A DNA stretch of 64,000 nucleotides from an uncultured Actinomycetes bacterium. GTDB lineage: Bacteria; Actinomycetota; Thermoleophilia; UBA2241. Within the stretch, counting starts at the first letter, position 1; each line of letters starts with the position of its first letter. Positions 25,030-33,298 of the stretch are shown here, piece by piece. The stretch covers positions 452,328-516,327 of the forward strand of contig CAVTCH010000019.1 in NCBI GenBank assembly GCA_963733255.1, in the 5' to 3' direction. The position numbers and the translations under genes were made by a program. Under the pieces are notes generated by a model, which worked only from the letters and a program-made list of their open reading frames with translations, had not been told where the DNA came from and ran no database searches.

Positions 25030-25962
25030 TCAGCCCCCGCGGCTCGACTTGCGTGCGCTCTCCAGCTGAGCGAGCGTCGGAATGCCCTTGTTGCCGAGCT
25101 GGGTGACCTTCAGTCCCGCAGACCAGGCGGCGGTGTCGAAGCACTCGGCGGGCGCCAGGCCCCGGGCGAGCGCCCAGGCGTACGCGCCGTGGAAGGTATC
25201 GCCGGCTCCGCAGGAATCCACCGCGAGCAGCGGAGCGGCACCCCAGCGCCGCAGATGCTCGGGCCCCTTCCCCGTCGTGAAGAGCCCGCCCTTTGGCCCC
25301 TGGGTCACCCCGAGCACCCCCCGGCCGGTGTCGCTCCAGAGTTCGCGGGCCGCCCTTTCCGCCGGCTGCCCCATCTCCCTCAGCACGTACTTCTCGGGCG
25401 CTATCACGTGATCGGCGCGCCCCAGCAGGCCTCGCGTCCACGGTCGTCCGGACCCTGTATCGAGGACCGTGGTCAGGCCCCGCTTCTCACATTCGTCGAG
25501 CGCCGCCGTCGCAAGGAGCTCGTCGGTCGAGTCCAGAAGGGCGACGTCGACTCCTTCAAGAAAGTCGGGCAGTCGCTCGATCGTACGCGCGTCGGCCATG
25601 GGCTGCGGCAGCCAGATGATCGTCCGGGTCGCATCGCCCCGCGCCAGGATGACGGCCGAGTGCTGCGAGGGCTGGTCGTAGGCGACCCACGTGCAGTCCA
25701 CGCCCTCGGCGTCCAGTTGTTCCCTGAGGACCTGGGCATGCGTGCCGGTCCCGCACGTCGCCAGAAGCCTGGTGGGGCCTCCCAGTCTCGACGCCGCGAT
25801 CGCACCCCGACCCGCCAGTCCCCCCACCGCCGTCTGATGCTCGAGCGCAGGAGTCACTGAGTCGGCCTTGGGATAGTCGTCGAGGACGTACAGGTAGTCG
25901 ACCGTCGCCATCCCTATCATCGCGACCACCGGCCGACGGCTCGGTCCCGGTTCAGCACTCAT
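25030..25962 (-). CDS. PfkB-family carbohydrate kinase
   Basis: VAMIGMATVDYLY...GG...GAIAA... and C-terminal DSCGAGDTFHGAYAWALA (PfkB signature 2). Confidence 0.85.
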   Translation of the reverse strand: MSAEPGPSRRPVVAMIGMATVDYLYVLDDYPKADSVTPALEHQTAVGGLAGRGAIAASRLGGPTRLLATCGTGTHAQVLREQLDAEGVDCTWVAYDQPSQHSAVILARGDATRTIIWLPQPMADARTIERLPDFLEGVDVALLDSTDELLATAALDECEKRGLTTVLDTGSGRPWTRGLLGRADHVIAPEKYVLREMGQPAERAARELWSDTGRGVLGVTQGPKGGLFTTGKGPEHLRRWGAAPLLAVDSCGAGDTFHGAYAWALARGLAPAECFDTAAWSAGLKVTQLGNKGIPTLAQLESARKSSRGG

Positions 25963-25967
25963 GCAGA

Positions 25968-26018
25968 CCTCTCGTGGTCATTCGTTCTCGTGATCGTCCG
26001 CTCTCGTGATCATTCGCG
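25968..26018. promoter_or_regulatory. Three imperfect 17-bp direct repeats (YCTCGTGRTCRTYCG) in the divergent pfkB/aldolase promoter region
   Basis: Seen directly. Confidence 0.35.
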
Positions 26019-26150
26019 GACGCCACGATCCTAACACCGGCCACCCATTCCCAGCCGCGGGCCGGTCCGACCTGCGTGCCCCAAAGGCGGATTCGGTACA
26101 ATCGCTACAATCCCCGATACGGATCCACGACCCCCTGAAGGAGACTGTCC

Positions 26151-27431
26151 ATGACGTACGCAGAGGATTTCGAGAAAGCCCTCCAGGTAGGCCGTCCGCC
26201 CAACATCAAGGCCCTGTTTCCGAACTCCAGGGCGCTGCTCGTGAGCGGCAAGGTCGTCGACCGGGCGATGCGGGCCAAGGGCAAGGCCATCGCGATGGCC
26301 GCGAACGGCCGCAACACGTTCGCCATCCGCGGGGCGCTGCGGGCGGCGCAGCGGGCCAACGCCGTCGTCATCATCGAGATCGCCAAGTCGGAGGGCGGGC
26401 AGAAGGCCTACTGCCCGGTGAACTACTGGAACATGGCGCGCATCGTCGACGCTCTCTGCAACGAGATGGGCATCACCGTCCCCGTCGCCGTGCACGCCGA
26501 CCACTACGGCATCAAGAACGACCAGGACCTCGAGGCGGCCAAGGTCGAGGTCCCCACCATGTTCGAGGCGGGTATCACGTCGATCGCCATCGACGCGTCG
26601 CACCAGCCCAACGACCGGAACCTGCTCGCCAACCTCGCCATCAACCCCTTCATCCCGGCGTGGTCGGGGCTCGAGACCGAGGTCGGCGAGATCAAGGGCT
26701 CCAGCGGGCTGTCGACCCCCGACGAGGCGCTCTTTCTCATCAAGGGCCTCAACGCCCACGGCATCTTCGCCGACTGGATCGCGTTGAACAACGGCACCAC
26801 GCACGGCATCGAGGCGTCGTCGGCCGGCATCCAGGTCGAGCTCACCGCCGAGGTCCACGCGGCCCTCACGCCCTACAACGTGAGCGGCGCCCAGCACGGC
26901 ACCTCGGGCAACAGCTCCGAGCGGCTCCGTGAGATCGCCGACAGGACCCACACGACCAAGGCCAACGTGGCCACCGCCCTCCAGATGATCTCCTGGGGCC
27001 TCGAGGTCAACGACTACGGCAACGCTCAGCTCGACGCCGACGGGGCCTTCATCAAGGTCAAGGGCGAGGGTGTGACCGAGGAGATGTGGGCCGACGTCGT
27101 CGCCTACGCCGACGAGAAGGGCTGGAAGAAGGGCGACTACAAGAACCTGAACCTGCCCTTCGAGAACAGGTTCTTAGCCCAGCCCGCCGACATCCGCGCG
27201 CGCATGGCCAGGCGGGTCGAGGACTTCGCCTACAAGATGATGACCGAGGTCCTCAACGGGCAGGACACAGCGCCGCTCGGCGTCGAGGCGATCCTGGCCG
27301 CCGGCTCCCACGACCTCAAGCCCAAGGTGGGACGGCTCGAAGACCCCGGCGAGTGGACCGAGGCGAAGATCGTCGAGAGGGCGCAGTCGCTCGACAGCGA
27401 CAAGGGCGCCGCGGGGCATTTCGACGACTGA
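26151..27431 (+). CDS. Class II (metal-dependent) ketose-bisphosphate aldolase family protein (long form)
   Basis: AVHADHYG (HxDHG-like), EVGEIKGSSG and NNGTTHG resemble class II FBA/tagatose-bisP aldolase motifs. GAAGGAGA RBS. Confidence 0.6.
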   Translation: MTYAEDFEKALQVGRPPNIKALFPNSRALLVSGKVVDRAMRAKGKAIAMAANGRNTFAIRGALRAAQRANAVVIIEIAKSEGGQKAYCPVNYWNMARIVDALCNEMGITVPVAVHADHYGIKNDQDLEAAKVEVPTMFEAGITSIAIDASHQPNDRNLLANLAINPFIPAWSGLETEVGEIKGSSGLSTPDEALFLIKGLNAHGIFADWIALNNGTTHGIEASSAGIQVELTAEVHAALTPYNVSGAQHGTSGNSSERLREIADRTHTTKANVATALQMISWGLEVNDYGNAQLDADGAFIKVKGEGVTEEMWADVVAYADEKGWKKGDYKNLNLPFENRFLAQPADIRARMARRVEDFAYKMMTEVLNGQDTAPLGVEAILAAGSHDLKPKVGRLEDPGEWTEAKIVERAQSLDSDKGAAGHFDD

Positions 27432-27464
27432 GAGCGGCGGGCGCGGCCCGCGGGAGCGCTTCTC

Positions 27465-29027
27465 TCAGAGATCGTCCGAACGGGCGTTCTCGAGCGCCGG
27501 CGAGAGCTTGGCCCCGAGCCGGCGCGCGAAGTCGAGCTCCGCGTCGCTGAACACCCGCACGCTTCTGCCATAGAGGAGCAGACAACCGGTCACGACATCG
27601 TCGCTCAGCAGCGGCACCGTCAGCACCGAGCGCAGCCCGTGGGTGGCGGCCAGACCCACGTCGGTGGCGGCGGCCTGCATGTCGGCGGTGGCGAAGGGCT
27701 GCCTGTAGGCCACGGCGCGGGTGGCGTTGGGAGCCTGGCTGCGCGTCAGCCGCAGCCCGACCTGGGCGGCGTCGAGACCACACTGCCAGCGCACCACCCA
27801 GACCGACCCCTCGCGCAGCTCGATGGCGCCGGCATCGCACGAAAGGGCCCGCACCGCTTCGTCGAGGCTGCCCTGCAGGATCGCACTGAGCTCGAGCGTC
27901 GAGCCGACCAGAGAGTCGAGCGCGTCGAGCGCGTCGTCCAGCCCGGCGCGAGCGGCCGGCTCCCGGGCTTCGACACAAACCTCTGCCGGGTTCGCGAGGG
28001 GCCGCTCTCTCGATACCTCGGGCTCCGCGGCCCCGACCCCGAGCTCCTCTGTCGTGGCCCGGCACCGCTCGGGCGCCCGGCCCTCTTCCCCGCCGGACTT
28101 GCGGTCGGTGAGATCCTCGACGATGGCGGCGAACCTGTCGGGGCCACAGCAGACCGCGGCGACACGCAGCCGGCGCTCCGTCGCTGTGCAAGCGGCCTCG
28201 CAGACGAAGGGTTCGCCGCCGGCGGCCACGCGGGCGTACTCGGCAAGGTGGGGCGTGTCGCCGGCGCCCGACAGCTCGCTGACAAGCTGCCCGCGGACAT
28301 GCTCGACCGCACAGCCCGTGTGGCGCTCGAAAGCCGGATTCGCGTCGAGGATACGAAGGTCGAGCGCACGGCCCCCCTCGTCCCCCTCGTCGACCACCTC
28401 GCACAGAGCGACACCTTCGGCCATGTTCTCGAACAGCGCCCGGAAGCGCCGTTCGCTGTCGCTCAGCGCTCTCAGATAGCCGTCGCGCTCGGCCTCGGCG
28501 GCCCGATGTGGCAACCTCGTACCGACCGAAGCGTGGACCGGGCCCTCGGCTGGCGACGGCGCCCGCCGGACCGCTCGCATGACGAGGAGCACTTCGAGAC
28601 CGCCGTCGACGTTCAGGGTCATCTCGTCGCAGAGCCGCGACATGAGAAACAGGCCACGACCGCGCTCGCTCGCGGGGTCGGGCGCCGGCTCGGGATCGAA
28701 GGCGGCGGTGTCGAAGCCGCGCCCCCTGTCTTTGACCAGGACCCGCAGGTCGTCACCCTGAAAACCAAGGAAGATCTCGATCTGCTCGGCCGAACCGCCG
28801 TGGCTGATCGCGTTGGTGCAGGCCTCGTCGACACAGAGCACCATGTCTTCGACGGTCCGCTGCTCGGCGCAGTAGAGCGTCAGGTAGTCGCGAGCGAAAC
28901 CGCGGATGCGCGACAGGCACACGGCCTGCGGGTCTGCCGCGAAGCGCTGCCGCGGCGTCGAGGTGACCACGGTCTGAGCCCGAAGGGGCACTGCGGGCTC
29001 AGCGACGCACGACGATCTGCTGTCCAA
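27465..29027 (-). CDS. Multi-domain sensor: N-terminal HATPase_c (RsbW/SpoIIAB-like anti-sigma kinase) - PAS - GAF
   Basis: VDEACTNAISHGG...DRGRGF...GRGLFLM (HATPase). RFRALFENMAEGVALC (PAS). C-terminal GAF-like region. Start codon uncertain (TTG at 29027). Confidence 0.7.
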   Translation of the reverse strand: MDSRSSCVAEPAVPLRAQTVVTSTPRQRFAADPQAVCLSRIRGFARDYLTLYCAEQRTVEDMVLCVDEACTNAISHGGSAEQIEIFLGFQGDDLRVLVKDRGRGFDTAAFDPEPAPDPASERGRGLFLMSRLCDEMTLNVDGGLEVLLVMRAVRRAPSPAEGPVHASVGTRLPHRAAEAERDGYLRALSDSERRFRALFENMAEGVALCEVVDEGDEGGRALDLRILDANPAFERHTGCAVEHVRGQLVSELSGAGDTPHLAEYARVAAGGEPFVCEAACTATERRLRVAAVCCGPDRFAAIVEDLTDRKSGGEEGRAPERCRATTEELGVGAAEPEVSRERPLANPAEVCVEAREPAARAGLDDALDALDSLVGSTLELSAILQGSLDEAVRALSCDAGAIELREGSVWVVRWQCGLDAAQVGLRLTRSQAPNATRAVAYRQPFATADMQAAATDVGLAATHGLRSVLTVPLLSDDVVTGCLLLYGRSVRVFSDAELDFARRLGAKLSPALENARSDDL

Positions 29028-29064
29028 AACGATCTCATCCTGTCCAGAGAGTGACGGTCCGCGC

Positions 29065-29132
29065 CTCGAGACGATGGGCGACTCGAGACGACGGGCTGCT
29101 CGAGACGATCGGCGACTCGAGACGATGGACTT
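29065..29132. repeat. 17-bp tandem repeat x4 (CTCGAGACGATGGGCGA-like) in the promoter region of the sensor gene
   Basis: Seen directly. Confidence 0.7.
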
Positions 29133-29188
29133 CTAGATGGGATCGCCGGCTTCCTGCCTGCGGGCGTTGCAAAGCGCCCCCAGGGCTC

Positions 29189-29620
29189 TCACTTCACCGT
29201 GACGACGGCGTGCATGGCGGCCAGCGTCTTGTGGATCGAGCACTCGTAGAAGTACACGCCCTTGGCCGAGAACGTGAAGCTGAACGATTGGCCCGGGCTT
29301 AGGGTCGTGCTGGCGAAGACGCTCGTCGTCGTCGTGTTGAGCGCGATGCTCTTGGTCGAGACGACGTTGTGAGGGACGCTGTCGTCGTTCGTCCAGGTCA
29401 CCTTGGTGCCGGGCTTCACGGTCAGCGAGTGCGGTGTGAAGGAGAAGTTCTGGATCACGACGGTGGCGCCTGCGGCCGTGGCGCTGGGCGTGCTCGCCGG
29501 TGTGGACGTGCCGCCGCTTGACGAGCTACCGCCGCAAGCGGCCATGACCACGGTGAGCACGAGCACGGTAGCGATGCCGGGCAGCGACCCTGTCCGGACT
29601 CTTGCGAAGCCGATCTTCAT
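29189..29620 (-). CDS. Cupredoxin (plastocyanin/pseudoazurin-like blue copper) lipoprotein
   Basis: Lipoprotein signal (VVMAACGGSS). Type-1 Cu ligand pattern H(PHNV)...C-x2-H-x4-M (YFYECSIHKTLAAM). AGGAGGA RBS. Confidence 0.8.
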   Translation of the reverse strand: MKIGFARVRTGSLPGIATVLVLTVVMAACGGSSSSGGTSTPASTPSATAAGATVVIQNFSFTPHSLTVKPGTKVTWTNDDSVPHNVVSTKSIALNTTTTSVFASTTLSPGQSFSFTFSAKGVYFYECSIHKTLAAMHAVVTVK

Positions 29621-29836
29621 ATGGGGCGTTCCTCCTGCGGTCAGCGGTCCGATCGAGGGGTCCGATCGAGGGCTGCCTTTTCCCGCTGCCTTTCCCCGTC
29701 GCCGACCGGCGGAGACCGTTCAGCCGGCCCGGATGTGGGTCCCCTATTGCCCGTCAGGTGGCATCAGGTGCGCGCCGACTGGGTAGTGAGGGGGTGCGAT
29801 CGAGGTTCTGACCATCGGCCTGTGAAGGGAGAGGCT

Positions 29837-30127
29837 ATGACCACAAGCAGCGAAGAGCTCGCCGCCGTGGAGATCAACGGCAGCAGCCTGCCCCATTCTC
29901 ATGCCGTGCTCATCGAGACCTCGCGGGGCTGGCACATCGAGCTCGACGACGTGCCCGCCGACAGCTGCCCGTTCGTCCGGGCGCGCTGTGAGATCAGCTT
30001 CGACACCTGGGAAGGGGACCACTACGCAGGGACCGTCGCGGCCAGCTTCGCCACCGACGACGCCGGCTACCTGCTTCTGACCGGCGTCGGAGAGCTGCGG
30101 CGCAGCGCCGCCGCGGATGTCGCCTAG
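29837..30127 (+). CDS. Hypothetical protein (97 aa)
   Basis: ATG with GAAGGGAGAGG RBS. No known domain recognised. Confidence 0.4.
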   Translation: MTTSSEELAAVEINGSSLPHSHAVLIETSRGWHIELDDVPADSCPFVRARCEISFDTWEGDHYAGTVAASFATDDAGYLLLTGVGELRRSAAADVA

Positions 30128-30262
30128 AGCGGCTGTCGCCCGGGCAGGAGCCGGCTCACGCGGCCTTGCCTGCCCGGCGCGCCCGCGGTGACCGGGCGAA
30201 CGCTGCCCGCGACCGTGCTCGCCTGACGCGTCGCATCTTCGCCCAGGATCCACGACAGGATC

Positions 30263-30874
30263 GTGATCTACAGCGTCGGACACTCTTCGCTTGCGTTGCC
30301 GGAGTTCGAGGCGCTGCTGGCCGGAGCTGCCGTCACGACCCTGTGGGATATCCGCTCGTACCCCACGTCGCGCTGGCCGTGGTTCGCCCGCGCGGCGCTC
30401 GAGGAGCGCCTTGTGAGCAGCGGCGTACAGTACCGCTGGACGAAGGCCCTCGGCGGGCGCCAGGCGGCGCCGCACCACGGCGCGCCGTCGCGAGGGGAGA
30501 TCACGCCGCCGGACGGTGGCGGCGCGCCCACGCTCTTTGCGGCGCCGCCCGGCGGCGCCGCGAGCTGGCAGTCAGAGGGCTTCTCGAACTACATGTGGTA
30601 CATGGCCGGCGAGGAGTTCCTGGCAGCGGCGGCCGAGCTGTTACAGGCCGGTCGCCGCGGCGACCTCGCGATCATGTGCGCCGAGGCGCTCTGGTGGCGT
30701 TGCCACCGTGCGATGGTCGCCGACTTCGTCGTCTACGCCGGGGGCGAGGTCGTCCATCTGCAGCCGCGGCGCACGCTCCACAGCGCCGTCATCGGGGATC
30801 GTCTCGCACGCTATGCGCCCGAAGTGGTAGCCGCCTGGGACACGTATCTCGCCGCACCCGGGAGCACGTCGTGA
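30263..30874 (+). CDS. DUF488-family protein
   Basis: VIYSVGHSSLALPEF...WDIRSYPTSR matches the DUF488 N-terminus. GTG start. Confidence 0.7.
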   Translation: MIYSVGHSSLALPEFEALLAGAAVTTLWDIRSYPTSRWPWFARAALEERLVSSGVQYRWTKALGGRQAAPHHGAPSRGEITPPDGGGAPTLFAAPPGGAASWQSEGFSNYMWYMAGEEFLAAAAELLQAGRRGDLAIMCAEALWWRCHRAMVADFVVYAGGEVVHLQPRRTLHSAVIGDRLARYAPEVVAAWDTYLAAPGSTS

Positions 30875-30946
30875 GTGTCGCTGTGCGGCGGCCCGCGTCG
30901 GCCGGGCGGCCGATGCTCTATAGTCGGCTCTGAAAGGAGCCGCCGC

Positions 30947-32221
30947 ATGACAGACTATCTGAAGAAGGCCCCGCCCAGGGCCGCGGCCGACCAGACCCAG
31001 GTCCGCGAGACGGTGGCGGCGATCATCGCCGACGTGCGCGTCCGCGGCCTCGATGCCGTGCGTGCCTACTCGCACCGGTTCGACGGCTGGGATCCACCCA
31101 CGTTCAAGGTCGGCCCCGACGAGGTCGAGCGCGCCCGCGCGGCCATCGCGCCCGAGGTGCTCGCGTCGCTCGACTTCGCTCACATCCAGATCAGGGACTT
31201 CGCCGAACGCCAGCGCGCCAGCATGAGCGACTTCGAAGTCGAGACGCTGCCCGGCGTCTTCCTGGGCCAGAAGCAGATCCCCGTGCGCAGCGCCGGGGCC
31301 TACGTACCGGGCGGCAAGTACCCCATGCTGATGTCCGCCCAGATGAGCGTGCTCACCGCCAAGGTCGCCGGCGTCGAGCGCGTGGTGGCCTGCGCACCGC
31401 CCTACGAGGGCCGCGGGATGTTCCCTGAGATGCTCTGGTCGATCGCGCTCGCCGGCGCCGACGAGATCTGGTGCGTCGGGGGTGTCCAGGCGCTCGCCCT
31501 CATGGCCTGCGGCGCCGAGGGTTACGAGCCGGTCGACTTCATCGCGGGGCCCGGCAACATGTACGTCGCCGAAGCCAAGCGCCAGCTCTTTGGCGAGGTC
31601 GGCATCGACCTGCTGGCCGGGCCCACCGAGATCCTCGTGATCGCCGACGACGCGGCCGACCCGCGCGTGGTGGCGGCCGACCTGCTGGGCCAGGCCGAGC
31701 ACGGGCCGACCTCACCGGCGATCCTCGTCTGCCTGTCGCGAGCCGTCGCCGAAGCGGTCGCCACCGAGATCGAACGCCAGCTCCCCGAGCTGCCGACCCG
31801 CGAGGTAGCCGCACGATCGTGGACCGACTACGGCGAGATCGTCGTGGTCGCCGACCGCGACGAGGCGGTGGCGGTCGCCGACGGCTACGCGCCCGAGCAT
31901 CTCGAGGTACAGACGGTCGATCCCGGGTGGTACCTCGAGCACCTCCGCAACTACGGCACGCTCTGCGTGGGCGAAGAGGCCACGATCACATTCTCCGACA
32001 AGGCGATCGGCACCAACCACACGTTGCCGACGGGCCGCGCGGCGCGCTACACGGGTGGCCTGTGGGTCGGCAAGTTCTTGAAGACGGTCACCTATCAGCG
32101 CTGCACGCGGGAGGGCGCGCTCACGATCGCCCCGCACGCCGGCCGCCTGGCCGACGCCGAGCACATGATCGGCCACGGCAAGACCGCCTACCTGCGCATG
32201 GACAAGTACGGCACTGTGTGA
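30947..32221 (+). CDS. hisD: Histidinol dehydrogenase family protein (HisD or paralog)
   Basis: SAGAYVPGGKYP, LLAGPTEILVIADD, IAGPGN, GQAEHGP. AAAGGAG RBS. Not in a his operon. Confidence 0.8.
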   Translation: MTDYLKKAPPRAAADQTQVRETVAAIIADVRVRGLDAVRAYSHRFDGWDPPTFKVGPDEVERARAAIAPEVLASLDFAHIQIRDFAERQRASMSDFEVETLPGVFLGQKQIPVRSAGAYVPGGKYPMLMSAQMSVLTAKVAGVERVVACAPPYEGRGMFPEMLWSIALAGADEIWCVGGVQALALMACGAEGYEPVDFIAGPGNMYVAEAKRQLFGEVGIDLLAGPTEILVIADDAADPRVVAADLLGQAEHGPTSPAILVCLSRAVAEAVATEIERQLPELPTREVAARSWTDYGEIVVVADRDEAVAVADGYAPEHLEVQTVDPGWYLEHLRNYGTLCVGEEATITFSDKAIGTNHTLPTGRAARYTGGLWVGKFLKTVTYQRCTREGALTIAPHAGRLADAEHMIGHGKTAYLRMDKYGTV

Positions 32222-32329
32222 GCAGCCGCGCTACCGGCCGCGTCACTGGCCGCGTTATTGGAAGGGCTACCGACGGTGTTACCGACCGCGTTTGCGGCCG
32301 CGGGCGGCGCGAGGCCGCTCCCCCGCGGC

Positions 32330-32608
32330 CTACAGGCCGGTACCTCGCTCGCGCTTGTGGGTGAGACACGCCTCGCAGTAGTCGTCCTGGTTGTAGACCG
32401 ACAGCAGGGCCTGACAGCGCCGACATCGGCGCGCGACCCTCTGGGCGTCCCAGTCCGCCGTCTCCTCGCGGAGGCGCTGGCGCTCGGACGAGAGGAGCCT
32501 GAAGCCGGAGTCCGCGAGGCAGTGAAGGCAGCGTCCGGTGTCCATCTCCGAGCCGAGACCGGCGAGCTTGGCGCCACACGACCTGCAGTAGACGTACCGA
32601 TAGGGCAT
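32330..32608 (-). CDS. Small Cys-rich zinc-ribbon-like hypothetical protein
   Basis: CRSCGAK...CLHC...CRRCQ...CEAC gives four CxxC pairs. Confidence 0.35.
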   Translation of the reverse strand: MPYRYVYCRSCGAKLAGLGSEMDTGRCLHCLADSGFRLLSSERQRLREETADWDAQRVARRCRRCQALLSVYNQDDYCEACLTHKRERGTGL

Positions 32609-32794
32609 GGAGTCCAGACTACCATCGTGTCGCGCGATGGAGGTCGATCAGGCCGGCGCCACCTCAGGCCGGATCGCCGGATCGGCGGCGCCGTCAATCT
32701 GATCGAGCGGCCGCGGAGCAGGCGCGCCCGACGCAGCGGTTTCTGAGGGGCCGCTACCGGGTAGCTTGGCGCTCGGCTTCCAAGGAGGGCTGCG

Positions 32795-33262
32795 ATGCAG
32801 GGTGAAGCAAGGGTGATCGACGAGCTCAACGCCAGACTGGCCGAGGAGCTCACCGCCATCAATCAGTACATGGTCCACGCGGAGATGTGCGACGACTGGC
32901 ACTACAAGCGCCTGGCGGACCCCATCAAGCAGCGTTCGATCGTGGAGATGAAGCACGCCGAGCGGCTGATCGAGCGCATCCTCTTTCTGGACGGCCGCCC
33001 GATCGTCAGCAACCTCAACGAGATCCATATCGGCGGCGCCGTCCCGGACATGCACGCCAACGACCTGGCCATCGAAGTCGACGCCGTCAAGGCCTACAAC
33101 GAGAGCATCCACGTCTGCGCCGATCTGAAGGACGACGGCAGCAAGGAGATGCTCGAGGCGATCCTCGCCGACGAAGAGGGCCACGTCGACTGGCTCGAGG
33201 CCCAGCTCGCCCAGATCGAGCAGGCCGGCCGCGAGAACTACCTGGCTGAGCAGATCGAGTAA
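32795..33262 (+). CDS. bfr: Bacterioferritin
   Basis: MQGEARVIDELNARLAEELTAINQYMVHAEMCDDWHYKRLA...EMKHAERLIERILFLDG is highly characteristic. AAGGAGGG RBS. Confidence 0.9.
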   Translation: MQGEARVIDELNARLAEELTAINQYMVHAEMCDDWHYKRLADPIKQRSIVEMKHAERLIERILFLDGRPIVSNLNEIHIGGAVPDMHANDLAIEVDAVKAYNESIHVCADLKDDGSKEMLEAILADEEGHVDWLEAQLAQIEQAGRENYLAEQIE

Positions 33263-33298
33263 ACGGCACAGACCCGACCGCGGCTCGACCGGCTCAAG

